Assembly (NCBI GenBank): GCA_036381125.1
Contig: DASVDK010000141.1
Coordinates: 1 to 50,601, forward strand
DNA length: 50,601 nt
Source of the DNA: Thermodesulfobacteriota bacterium
GTDB taxonomy: Bacteria; DASVDK01
Direction: 5' to 3'
Below the pieces are notes generated by a model. That model was not told the DNA's origin. It searched no databases and saw only the letters and a list, made by a program, of their open reading frames with translations. Made by a program: the position numbers and the translations under genes. Positions 37,721 through 46,445 of this stretch are shown here, in pieces. How positions within the stretch are numbered: the first letter of the stretch is position 1; each line of letters opens with the position of its first letter.

Positions 37721-39514
37721 TCACGGCCTCGCTCCCCGCCGAGCGGCCAGCCAGGCGCGCAGCTCCGCCTCGGTCCTCGTGTTGAGCAGCGCCTCCCGAC
37801 CGAGGCCGGCGCGCCGCACGAGCGCGACGCCGATCTCGAGCGACCACATCTCCTGCACGGCGCGCGCGCCGCTGCCGAGGGCGAGCGGGACGTGCAGCGC
37901 GGCCGCCCGCCTCAGGTCCGCCGGGCCGAGGAGGCCGCCGGCGGCGTGGGCCGGCACGAGCAGCCCGGCGCCGGCCGAGGAGGCGGCCGCGAGGATCGCC
38001 CCGAGGTCGACGAAGGCCGCGAGCGGCCGCACGCCCGCCCGACCCTCGGCCGGGGCGTCGGCACCTCCCTCGCCGAGCGCCTGCCCGAGGTCGGCGCCGC
38101 CCCGCGGCGAGCCGGTCGGGTCGGGCGCGAGCGCCACCAGGTCGGCCTCGCGCTCGAGCAGGACACGCACGACCGCCGCGGTCCGCTCCGCGCGGGAGCA
38201 CGCCGCGAGCGGGCCGCCGGGGTCGAGTACGGCGATGCGCAGCTCGGCGCCCGCCAGCACGGCGGGATCGGCTTCGAGGACGCCGCCCTGCGCGACCGGC
38301 GCCTCGACGCCGGCGACGAGGCCGCAGGGCACGGCCGGGCGGGCGGCGGCGAGCGCCTCGGCCCGCCGGGCGGCGCGATCGGCGTCGAGGCCCGAGGGGC
38401 GGCGCGGGCCGCGAGCCGGGTCGACGACCGCGAGCCACCTGAGCCCGGCCGAGGCCGCCGCGGCGGCGAGCCGCTCGGGCGGGTGGGCGCCCCCCGTGAA
38501 GTCGCTCTGCACGCGGAGGTCGCCCTCGAGCTCCTCGGCCTCGACCACGCGAGGCAGCCGGCCCTCCCGCGCGGCCTCGACCTCGCCCCGCCCCTCGCGC
38601 AGCTCGGGCGGGACGAACGCGAGGCGGGCGGCCTCGTAGACGTCCCGCTCGTCCTCGAACTCGCGCGGCGCCGCTGGGCGCTCGCCGCGTCGAGGCCTCG
38701 AGAGGATCGCCTCGACCTGCTCGACGTGCCGCGCGTGCCCGGTCGCGCGCCAGAGGGTGCCGCCGAAGGCCGCGGGCGCCGCCGCGTGGAGCACGACGAC
38801 GAGCCCCTCGTCGATGGCGACGCGCGCGGCGCCCGGCGCGGGCGGCGGCAGGACGAGACGGACGTGGGGGTCCGCGCGGAACGCGGCGAGGAGCGCCTCG
38901 GGCGACTCGGCCGCCGCGGCGAGCGCCAGCTCGCCGACGATGCCGCGTCCGCGCCGCACCTCGCCGGCGATGCGCACGCGCAGCACGTCGGGCAGGGACG
39001 CGAGCCGCTCGGCGATGGCGCGGGCTCTCGGCAGCACGTACCCGAGCGGGCGCGCGCCGGCGCCGAGACGGGCGAGTTCGAGCGACCGGGCGATGGTCTC
39101 GAGGTCCGCGGACGCGACCCCCGCGTGCGCGAGCTTGCCGTCGCGCAGGGCGCGGTCGAGGTCCGACAGGGAGGCGACGCGGGCCACCGCCAGGAAGCGG
39201 GCGGCGCGGCGCGGCCCCACGCCCGGCAGCGCGATGACGTCCCGCACGCCGCGCGGCAGCCGGTCGCGCGCGTCGTCGAGCGCGGCGAGGCGGCCGGTGC
39301 GGGCGAGCTCGCCGAGAAGCCGCGACACCCACGGCCCCACCCCCGGCAGCGTCTCGAGCCGCCCCTCGCGCGCGAGCCGCTCGACGTCCTCCGCGCAGGC
39401 CTCGATCGACGCGGCCGCCTTCCGGTAGGCGGCCACCCTCGGCAGCTCCGCCTCCTCGAACTCGAGCAGGTCGGCCAGCTCCCGCAACGCCGCTGCGAAC
39501 TCGCCGTTCTCCAT
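37721..39514 (-). CDS. PolX/PHP-family protein with degenerate polymerase and PHP catalytic motifs
   Basis: MENGEFAAALRELADLLE, AYRKAA, LPGVGP twice (HhH), GEVRR, ATG, PPELREGRGE, GDL, GVE. Confidence 0.88.
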   Translation of the reverse strand: MENGEFAAALRELADLLEFEEAELPRVAAYRKAAASIEACAEDVERLAREGRLETLPGVGPWVSRLLGELARTGRLAALDDARDRLPRGVRDVIALPGVGPRRAARFLAVARVASLSDLDRALRDGKLAHAGVASADLETIARSLELARLGAGARPLGYVLPRARAIAERLASLPDVLRVRIAGEVRRGRGIVGELALAAAAESPEALLAAFRADPHVRLVLPPPAPGAARVAIDEGLVVVLHAAAPAAFGGTLWRATGHARHVEQVEAILSRPRRGERPAAPREFEDERDVYEAARLAFVPPELREGRGEVEAAREGRLPRVVEAEELEGDLRVQSDFTGGAHPPERLAAAAASAGLRWLAVVDPARGPRRPSGLDADRAARRAEALAAARPAVPCGLVAGVEAPVAQGGVLEADPAVLAGAELRIAVLDPGGPLAACSRAERTAAVVRVLLEREADLVALAPDPTGSPRGGADLGQALGEGGADAPAEGRAGVRPLAAFVDLGAILAAASSAGAGLLVPAHAAGGLLGPADLRRAAALHVPLALGSGARAVQEMWSLEIGVALVRRAGLGREALLNTRTEAELRAWLAARRGARP

Positions 39515-39546
39515 CCCGGCGTGGATGGTACCGCCCGGCGGAGTCG

Positions 39547-40410
39547 CTAGACGAGCGCCCAGCCGAGCCGGCGGCAGAGGTCCGGCGCCAGGGCGCCCTC
39601 GAAGACCTCCTCCACCGGCCCGTCGAGCCTGAGCGCGAAGTCGGCGCCCACCTCGACGTCGAGGCGGCCCCCGGGCAGGTGCACGGCGACCCGCCGGTCG
39701 GCGAGGCCGCGCTTCACGGCGGCCGCGGCCACGGCGCAGGACGACGACCCCGAGGCCATCGTGGGCCCGGCGCCGCGCTCCCAGACGAGCACCTCCAGGC
39801 GGTCGCGCGCCGCCACGCGGGCGAGCTGGACGTTCGTGCGGCGCGGGAAGGCCGGGTGGCGCTCGAGCCGCGGCCCCAGGTCGTGGAGCAGGGCCTCCTC
39901 GAGACGGTCCACGAAGACGACGCAGTGGGGGTTGCCCACCGACAGCGCCGTGATCCGCACCGTCCGGTCGCCCACGCCGAGCGGCTCGTCCACGACCTCG
40001 CGCGGCGGCCCCAGCACCGGGATGGACGCCGCGTCGAACGTGGCGCGGCCCATGTCGACCGCGACCGAGACGACTCGCCCCTCCTCGCGCCGCACCTCGG
40101 CCCGCACGTCCCCGCCGGCCGTGCGGATGCCGAAGGCGTCGGCCGCGGCCACGCCGTGCTCGACGAGGTACTTGGCGAAGATCCTGAGGCCGTTGCCGCT
40201 CTTCTCGGCCTCGGAGCCGTCCGGGTTGAAGATGCGCAGGCCGTAGGGCTCGGCGCGCGAGGTGGCGAGGAGGATGCCGTCGCTGCCGACCCCGAGGTGT
40301 CGGTGGCAGAGGAGCCGCACCGCCGACGGGTCGAGCGGCTGCGGGAGGTCCCACTCGGCGAGGACCAGGTAGTCGTTGCCGAGGCCGTGGCCTTTGACGA
40401 TGGGGATCAC
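39547..40410 (-). CDS. dapF: Diaminopimelate epimerase family protein (Cys-to-Ser variant)
   Basis: KGHGLGNDY, GVGSDG, FNPDGSEAEKSGNG, VGNPHC, FPRRTNV, WERGAG, PGG.L. Confidence 0.8.
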   Translation of the reverse strand: MIPIVKGHGLGNDYLVLAEWDLPQPLDPSAVRLLCHRHLGVGSDGILLATSRAEPYGLRIFNPDGSEAEKSGNGLRIFAKYLVEHGVAAADAFGIRTAGGDVRAEVRREEGRVVSVAVDMGRATFDAASIPVLGPPREVVDEPLGVGDRTVRITALSVGNPHCVVFVDRLEEALLHDLGPRLERHPAFPRRTNVQLARVAARDRLEVLVWERGAGPTMASGSSSCAVAAAAVKRGLADRRVAVHLPGGRLDVEVGADFALRLDGPVEEVFEGALAPDLCRRLGWALV

Positions 40411-40411
40411 G

Positions 40412-41902
40412 TCACCTCCCGCTGGCGGACATGGCGGCCTGGACCGCGGCCTCGAGCCGCTCGATCTCGTCGTCGGTCAGCTCCGGGAACTCGGCGCGCC
40501 GGGTCCCGGCGAGCCGGCCGCCGTTGCCCATGCAGAGCTGGACGAAGCGAGACGCCCGACGGTCGGGCATGTCGACGATCTCCTTGACCGCCTCGAGCGC
40601 CCGATCGTACACGGTGACGAAGTCCAGCTCCGCCTCGAGGTCCCGGCGCACCGTGTCGGCCACCCGATCGTACAGGTACTCGGCCAGCGGCGTCGCGTCG
40701 AAGTACCGGTAGAGGTCCGCCGTGTCGTTCTCGACGACCAGCCGCCGCTCCGGCGTGAAGTGCCAGTCGATGCACTCGAAGAGCGGCTTCGAGAAGGTCT
40801 CGAGTGCCGCATCGTAGCTGCGGCGATCGCGCAGGATCGCCGCCGACACCGGGAAGATCGTGCCGGGCGGGCTCATCCCTCGGCGCGCGAGGACATGGTG
40901 GATCAGGAACCGGTGGATCCGGCCGTTGCCGTCCTCGAACGGGTGGATGAAGACGAACGCGAAGGCCGAGACCGCCGCCGCGACGACCGGATCGACGAGG
41001 TCGTCGGCTTCCAGACGGCGCGTAAGGCGCATCCAGGCCGCCATGAGATCGGGAACGTCTTCGGGGCGTGGTGGGATGAACTCCACGGCCTCGCGGTACC
41101 CGGCCGCCACGCCGCCCACCCAGTTCTGGGAGTCGCGCCAGTCGCCGGCCGCGTACCGCGGATCGACGATGACGCCCTGCAGCCGGACGATGGCCGCCTT
41201 GTCCGCGGGGTCGAAGTCGAGTGCGGACCTGAGCGCGGCGACGAACCGCTCGGTCCGGCTCGGGCTCGGCGTCTCCCCCTCGATCGCGAAGGAGGAGCGA
41301 GTCTCCTTCGTATAGAGGTACGCGACCGCCCGCGCCAGCACGGCGGGATCGTACCGGGCGGTCAGGAGGCGGGCCTCGTCGCCGAGGCGCGCGGCCATCG
41401 ACGTCTCGAGCCGGCGGGTGCGCCGGACGACCGGGCAGAGTCCGGCGTCCCCGAGCAGGTTGTCGTTGACGCGGTGTCTGGGGGAGCGGCGCCGGGTCGC
41501 GACGACGTGCCGGTCGGGGTCGAGCGCGTCGACGTAGTTTCCCGTGGTCACGTCGGGAAGGTCGAGGGTGCGGCCCGTGAACGTCTCGTAGAAGAACCAG
41601 GTGCGGCGCGCGAAGGCACCCGTCGGCTCCCGGCGCACCCAGGCGACGATCTCGGTGGGGTCGATGGCCTCGAGCGCCGCGACGAGGACGCGAAGATCGA
41701 CCGGTTCGTGGCGGAGCGCGAACCGCAGGTGAGAGACGGTGGACTCGCCGGGGTCGTACCGCTGCGGAAAGAACTCGACGACGTGGCTGTCGTGGATCTC
41801 CGTCCGGCGCGCACCCGCGACGAGGTAGCTCCGGACCGCCGGAGGCGGAACCCTGAGTCGCAGGCGCTCGCGAAGCGCGGCCTGGCCCAACGCGGTGCTC
41901 AT
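40412..41902 (-). CDS. Fic-family protein with N-terminal extension
   Basis: Canonical HPFEDGNGRIHR; ETRSSFAIEGE inhibitory-helix-like motif. Confidence 0.92.
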   Translation of the reverse strand: MSTALGQAALRERLRLRVPPPAVRSYLVAGARRTEIHDSHVVEFFPQRYDPGESTVSHLRFALRHEPVDLRVLVAALEAIDPTEIVAWVRREPTGAFARRTWFFYETFTGRTLDLPDVTTGNYVDALDPDRHVVATRRRSPRHRVNDNLLGDAGLCPVVRRTRRLETSMAARLGDEARLLTARYDPAVLARAVAYLYTKETRSSFAIEGETPSPSRTERFVAALRSALDFDPADKAAIVRLQGVIVDPRYAAGDWRDSQNWVGGVAAGYREAVEFIPPRPEDVPDLMAAWMRLTRRLEADDLVDPVVAAAVSAFAFVFIHPFEDGNGRIHRFLIHHVLARRGMSPPGTIFPVSAAILRDRRSYDAALETFSKPLFECIDWHFTPERRLVVENDTADLYRYFDATPLAEYLYDRVADTVRRDLEAELDFVTVYDRALEAVKEIVDMPDRRASRFVQLCMGNGGRLAGTRRAEFPELTDDEIERLEAAVQAAMSASGR

Positions 41903-42093
41903 CGTGGGGACTCCCTTACGGCCGTGGCAATTTGCTTATTTTGACGCATTGTGATGGAAAATCAATTACAGAGCCGGCTCGGAAGGGCAGGACAGGACTT
42001 TACGGGGTCTCCAGGGATGACAAGGCTCTTATCCGGCAGGAAATACAATTACGGCGACACCCATTGATGGCATATCGATTACATCGCCATCCG

Positions 42094-43419
42094 TCAGTCG
42101 TCCTCGTCCCGCGCCGCGCCGACGAGCGCCTCGATGGTCGACCGCACCTCGCGGTCCCCGATGCGGTCGGGGAAGCAGAGGCGGATGATGTCGCGGCGAT
42201 CGCGGGCAAGGCCCTCGACCGCGGGCGAGAGGTCGCGGATCTCGACGAAGGCCGGCGTCCGGGCCGGGCGATGGACCGCGATGGTCCCGCCGGGGGAGGC
42301 CTCGGAGTCGGCGCCGTAGGTGCGGTAGGGGGTGTCGGCCGCGCGGTCCACCTGGAGGTAGTAGCGCGGGTCCCCCCCCGCCTGCCGGATGACCTCGCCC
42401 GCCTCGGCGGCGAGCGCCGGCAGGTCCTGGTACCGTGCCGGCGGGACCTCGACGGTCTTGAAGAGGCGCCGGTCGAGGAGGCGCGACGCGAGGTCGGCCA
42501 GGACCGGGTCGGGATCGGCCGCCCACACGCGCATGGCGTGGAGGAGCGTGGCGTCGTCGAGCGCCAGGAAGTCGCGCGGCGCGAGCGAGGCCCCGTCGCC
42601 GAGGGCGCGCCCCAGGGGCGAGCCGGCCGCCGGGAAGGCGAGCGCGCCGCCGCGCGCGAGGTCGACGGCCCGGCCGATCAGCGCCCTGAGCATCACGTCC
42701 GCCGCGCGCACGGTCTTGTGGAAGTAGACCTGCTGGTACATGTGGTGGCGCGCCTGGAGGTAGGCGACCACCGCGAGGTGCCCCTTCTCGTGGACGACGA
42801 TCCGGTCGCCCGCGGGGTCGACCGCGAGCGTCTCGAGGATCCACTCGAGATCGTACTGCCCGTAGGTGACGCCGGTCATGAGCGAGTCGCGCAGGAGGTA
42901 GTCGAAGCGGTCGGCGTCGAGCTGCGACGCGACCAGGTCGGCCAGGAACCGCGGCCGGCCGCCGTGACGCATCCGCTCGGCGACGGCCGCCGGGAGCCGC
43001 GGGTCGAGCGCCGCGAGCCGGCGGTGGAGGGCGCCGTCGGGGTCCTCCACGAGCCGGACGCTCCATCGCTCGTGCCGCTCGCCGACGATGTCCTCGACGA
43101 CGTGGCTGAACGGCCAGTGGCCGACGTCGTGCAGCAGCGCGGCGGCGGCGGTGACGAGCCGGTCCCAGGGGTCGATGGCGTGGTCGCGGCCGAGGCGCGA
43201 GAGGATGCGTCGGGCGACGTGCATGACGCCGACCGAGTGGCTGAAGCGGCTGTGGTCGGCCCCGGCGTACGCGTAGACGGCCAGGCCGAGTTGCCGCACG
43301 CGGCGCAGCCGCTGCACCTCGGGGCAATCGACGAGGTCGATGAGCAGCCGGTCCTCGCGATCGCCCCGGTCGAGGGCGATGATGTTGTGGACCGGATCAC
43401 GGTAGATCTGCGTCGGCAT
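42094..43419 (-). CDS. HD-domain phosphohydrolase, SAMHD1/YwfO-like
   Basis: RDPVH, QRLRRVRQLG, HSRFSHSVGV, LLHDVGHWPFSH, QLDADRFDYLLRD, MYQQVYFHKT; start overlaps the sbcC stop (TGATG). Confidence 0.92.
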   Translation of the reverse strand: MPTQIYRDPVHNIIALDRGDREDRLLIDLVDCPEVQRLRRVRQLGLAVYAYAGADHSRFSHSVGVMHVARRILSRLGRDHAIDPWDRLVTAAAALLHDVGHWPFSHVVEDIVGERHERWSVRLVEDPDGALHRRLAALDPRLPAAVAERMRHGGRPRFLADLVASQLDADRFDYLLRDSLMTGVTYGQYDLEWILETLAVDPAGDRIVVHEKGHLAVVAYLQARHHMYQQVYFHKTVRAADVMLRALIGRAVDLARGGALAFPAAGSPLGRALGDGASLAPRDFLALDDATLLHAMRVWAADPDPVLADLASRLLDRRLFKTVEVPPARYQDLPALAAEAGEVIRQAGGDPRYYLQVDRAADTPYRTYGADSEASPGGTIAVHRPARTPAFVEIRDLSPAVEGLARDRRDIIRLCFPDRIGDREVRSTIEALVGAARDEDD

Positions 43420-46400
43420 CACACCACCCGGTAGACGGACCCGTACTCGGGGTGCTTGGTCACCTCGATCCGGGCCGGGAAGCGGTCCTTGAGGTCCTCG
43501 AGGTGCGTGATGACCAGGATCTTCGCGAAGTCCCCCTCGACGGCCTGGATCGCCTCGACGACCTTCTGCTTGCCGCTGCCGTCCTGGGTGCCGAAGCCCT
43601 CGTCGACGACGAGCGTCTGCAGGCTCGCTCCCGCGCGCCTGGCGAGCAGGCGCGACAGGGCGATCCGCAGCGCGAAGTTCACCCGGAAGGCCTCGCCGCC
43701 CGAGAAGGTCTCGTAGGGCCGCGTCCCCTGCTCGTCCGAGATGCGGATCTCGAGCGTCTCGGCGACGCCGCCGGTCTTCTTGTCCCGCTGCGTCTCGAGC
43801 TTGATCCGCATCGCGTAGTCGGTGAGGCGGCCGAGCAGGCGGTTCGCTTCGTCCTCGATCTCGGGCAGCGCGTTCTCGATGATGATCGCCTGGACGCCGT
43901 TGCGCCCCAGGATCCGCGCGAGGTCCGCGTACGTCCGCCGCGTCTCGCCGAGCGCCTGGACCTGCGCGCGGGCCGTGTCCAGCTCGCGCTGCTTCCGGCC
44001 GAGCTCGGCGAGCCGCGCATCGGCCCGCCCCACCCGCTCGCGCAGGTCGCCCACCTCGCGACGCCGGTCCGCGACCCGCGCCTCGAGCGCGGCGATCTCG
44101 CGCTCCACCTCCGGCAGCCGCGCCGCCTCGGCCAGGCGGGCCGCCCGCTCCTCGGCGAGCCGTGCGGCCAGCTCGCGCGCGGCGCCCGCGTCGGCACGCG
44201 CCTCGGCCTCGGCGGCGCGGGCGCCGGTCACCTCGTGGACGGCCTGCGCCAGCTCGGCGGCCCGCCGCTCGAACGGCTCGTGCTCGGCGAGCGCCCTGCG
44301 GCAGGCGTCGTGCTCGGCGGCGTCGTAGGCCACCTCGGCGATCTCCTCGGCGATGCGCGCCAGCTCGGCTCGCTCGGCCTCGGCGTACGCCTCCGAGGCG
44401 AGCGCGCGGTCGAGGTCGGCCAGCTCCGCCGCCACCGCCGCCAGCTCCTCCCGCAGGCCGGCCGCGTCGCGTCCGGCCTGCTCGAGCCTGGCGGCCCGCA
44501 TCTCGAACGGGCGCATGTCGGCCACCCGCTCGCGCACCCGGTCGTGCGCCGCGCGGTCGTAGCCGAGCCCGGCAAGGGCCGTGCGCGCTTCGGCGAGGGC
44601 TGACCGGACCTCCGGCGCGATCGCGCCGTCGGAGAGGGCCGCGTCGGCGGCACGCACCCGCTCGGCCAGCTCGGCCAGCTCGCCGGCCGCCGCCTCGGCG
44701 TCGGCCACCGCGGCCGCCACGCGGGAGCGCTCCTGCTGGAGCGCCTCGCGCGCCGCCAGCTCGCGGCCGAGCCGCACGTACTCCTCGCGCAGCCGCCGGA
44801 CCTCCCGGTCGAGCGCCGGGGCGATCCGCTCCAGCTCGGCGAGCTTCGCGCGCCGCGGCTCGAGCTCCTCGCGGGTCATCCGCTCCACCACGGCCTCGCG
44901 CCGATCGTCGGGAAGCGGCTGGTCGCAGAGCGGGCAGTCCCCCGCGGCCTGCCGGAGGTCCGCGAGGCGCGCCTCGACGGCCTGGATCTCGCCGGTGAGC
45001 CGCGTGACCTGGTCGGGGATGGCCTCGAACCGCGTCCGCGCCGCCGTGCCCTGCTCGAAGACCTCCTCGCGCCGACGCGCCGCGACGTCGAGCGCCGCGA
45101 GCTGGCGGTCGATCGCCGCAAGCCGGGCGCGTTGCTCGCCGGCTCCCTCGGCGCGCCGCGTCAGGTCGGCCAGACGCGTGGCGAGCCGCTCGCGCTCGAG
45201 CCGCCGCGCCATCTCCGCCTCGGCCACCCGGCGCTCGAGGTCAGCCGCGAGGCTCGTGAGGCGCAACGACTCCTCGAGCCGTCCGGCGAACGCACGCTCC
45301 TCGCCTTCGGCGGCGCGGAGGGCCTCGAGCCCGGCCTCGATCTCGTCGCGCGCCGCCAGGAGCCCCTCGGCCTCGGCGAGGCGGCCGGCGAGCCCGGCGT
45401 GGGCCTCGGCCACCGTCGCGCGCCGCACCTCGATCCGGCTCCTCGCCTCGGCGACCGCGGCTGCGAGCCGGGTCCGCCTGGCGTCGAGGGCCCGCTCGCG
45501 CTGGAGGCGCTCGGCCATCGCCTGCTCGGCCGCCCTCAGCTCGCGCAGGCGGGCGAGCCCGGCCTCGATGCCCGGAGCCTCCGCGACGACGCGCTCGTAG
45601 GCGGCCACCCGGGCCGCCTCTCGTGCGGCCCGCGCCTGCGACTCGTCGGCCCGGCGCAGCGCCTCGTCGATCCGCTCGCCGAGCCTCGCGGCGTCGGCCT
45701 CCGCCTGGGCGAGCGCCGCGCGGGCGGCACGGGCGGCCGCGAGCGACGCCTCGTCGGCCGCCAGGGCCGCCTCGGCCGCAGAGAGGTCCGCCGCGAGGCG
45801 CTCGCGCTCGGCCTCGGCCGCCGGGCGGTCGGCCAGCGCCGCCTCGAGCGCGGCGATGCTACGGTTCGCGGCGGCTACGACCTCCTCGGCCTCCCGCTGC
45901 TTCGCCCGGGCCCTCGCCTCGAGGTCGTCGAAGACGCCGAGGGAGAGGATCTCGCCGAGGATCCGCTTGCGCTCGGCCGGCGTCTTCTGCGTGAAGGCGT
46001 CGGCGCGCCCCTGCAGGAGGAACGAGGCGTTGACGAACGTCTCGTAGTCGAGGCGCAGGACCTCGGCGATCCGCTCCTCGGTCTCGCGGATGCCGGTGCC
46101 GGTGAGGGACCGGAAGGCGCCGGTCGCCGGGTCCCGGACCTGGAACTGGAGGTCGGAGACGCCGGTCTTGCGCGAGATGTCGCGCTTGCGGATCACGCGG
46201 TAGACCGCGCCGTCCAGCTCGAACTCGAACTCGACCCACATCTCCGTCTGGCCGCGGCGGACCAGGTCGTCGGCGCCGGCGCGCGCCTTGCCGAAGAGGC
46301 TCCAGGTGATGGCGTCGAGGAGGGCGCTCTTGCCGTGGCCGTTGTCGCCGGTGAGGCACGCCACGTGGATCGCGGAGAAGTCGAGCGGCTCGACCCGGTC

Positions 46401-46445
46401 GCCGTAGGAGAGGAAGTTGCGCAGGGCGAGGCGTCTGGGGATCAT
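43419..46445 (-). CDS. sbcC: SbcC/Rad50 SMC-like ATPase
   Basis: LRNFLSY, GDNGHGKS, Q-loop LLQG, coiled coil with CPLC Zn hook, FSGGE, VVDEGFG, VITH. Confidence 0.93.
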   Translation of the reverse strand: MIPRRLALRNFLSYGDRVEPLDFSAIHVACLTGDNGHGKSALLDAITWSLFGKARAGADDLVRRGQTEMWVEFEFELDGAVYRVIRKRDISRKTGVSDLQFQVRDPATGAFRSLTGTGIRETEERIAEVLRLDYETFVNASFLLQGRADAFTQKTPAERKRILGEILSLGVFDDLEARARAKQREAEEVVAAANRSIAALEAALADRPAAEAERERLAADLSAAEAALAADEASLAAARAARAALAQAEADAARLGERIDEALRRADESQARAAREAARVAAYERVVAEAPGIEAGLARLRELRAAEQAMAERLQRERALDARRTRLAAAVAEARSRIEVRRATVAEAHAGLAGRLAEAEGLLAARDEIEAGLEALRAAEGEERAFAGRLEESLRLTSLAADLERRVAEAEMARRLERERLATRLADLTRRAEGAGEQRARLAAIDRQLAALDVAARRREEVFEQGTAARTRFEAIPDQVTRLTGEIQAVEARLADLRQAAGDCPLCDQPLPDDRREAVVERMTREELEPRRAKLAELERIAPALDREVRRLREEYVRLGRELAAREALQQERSRVAAAVADAEAAAGELAELAERVRAADAALSDGAIAPEVRSALAEARTALAGLGYDRAAHDRVRERVADMRPFEMRAARLEQAGRDAAGLREELAAVAAELADLDRALASEAYAEAERAELARIAEEIAEVAYDAAEHDACRRALAEHEPFERRAAELAQAVHEVTGARAAEAEARADAGAARELAARLAEERAARLAEAARLPEVEREIAALEARVADRRREVGDLRERVGRADARLAELGRKQRELDTARAQVQALGETRRTYADLARILGRNGVQAIIIENALPEIEDEANRLLGRLTDYAMRIKLETQRDKKTGGVAETLEIRISDEQGTRPYETFSGGEAFRVNFALRIALSRLLARRAGASLQTLVVDEGFGTQDGSGKQKVVEAIQAVEGDFAKILVITHLEDLKDRFPARIEVTKHPEYGSVYRVV

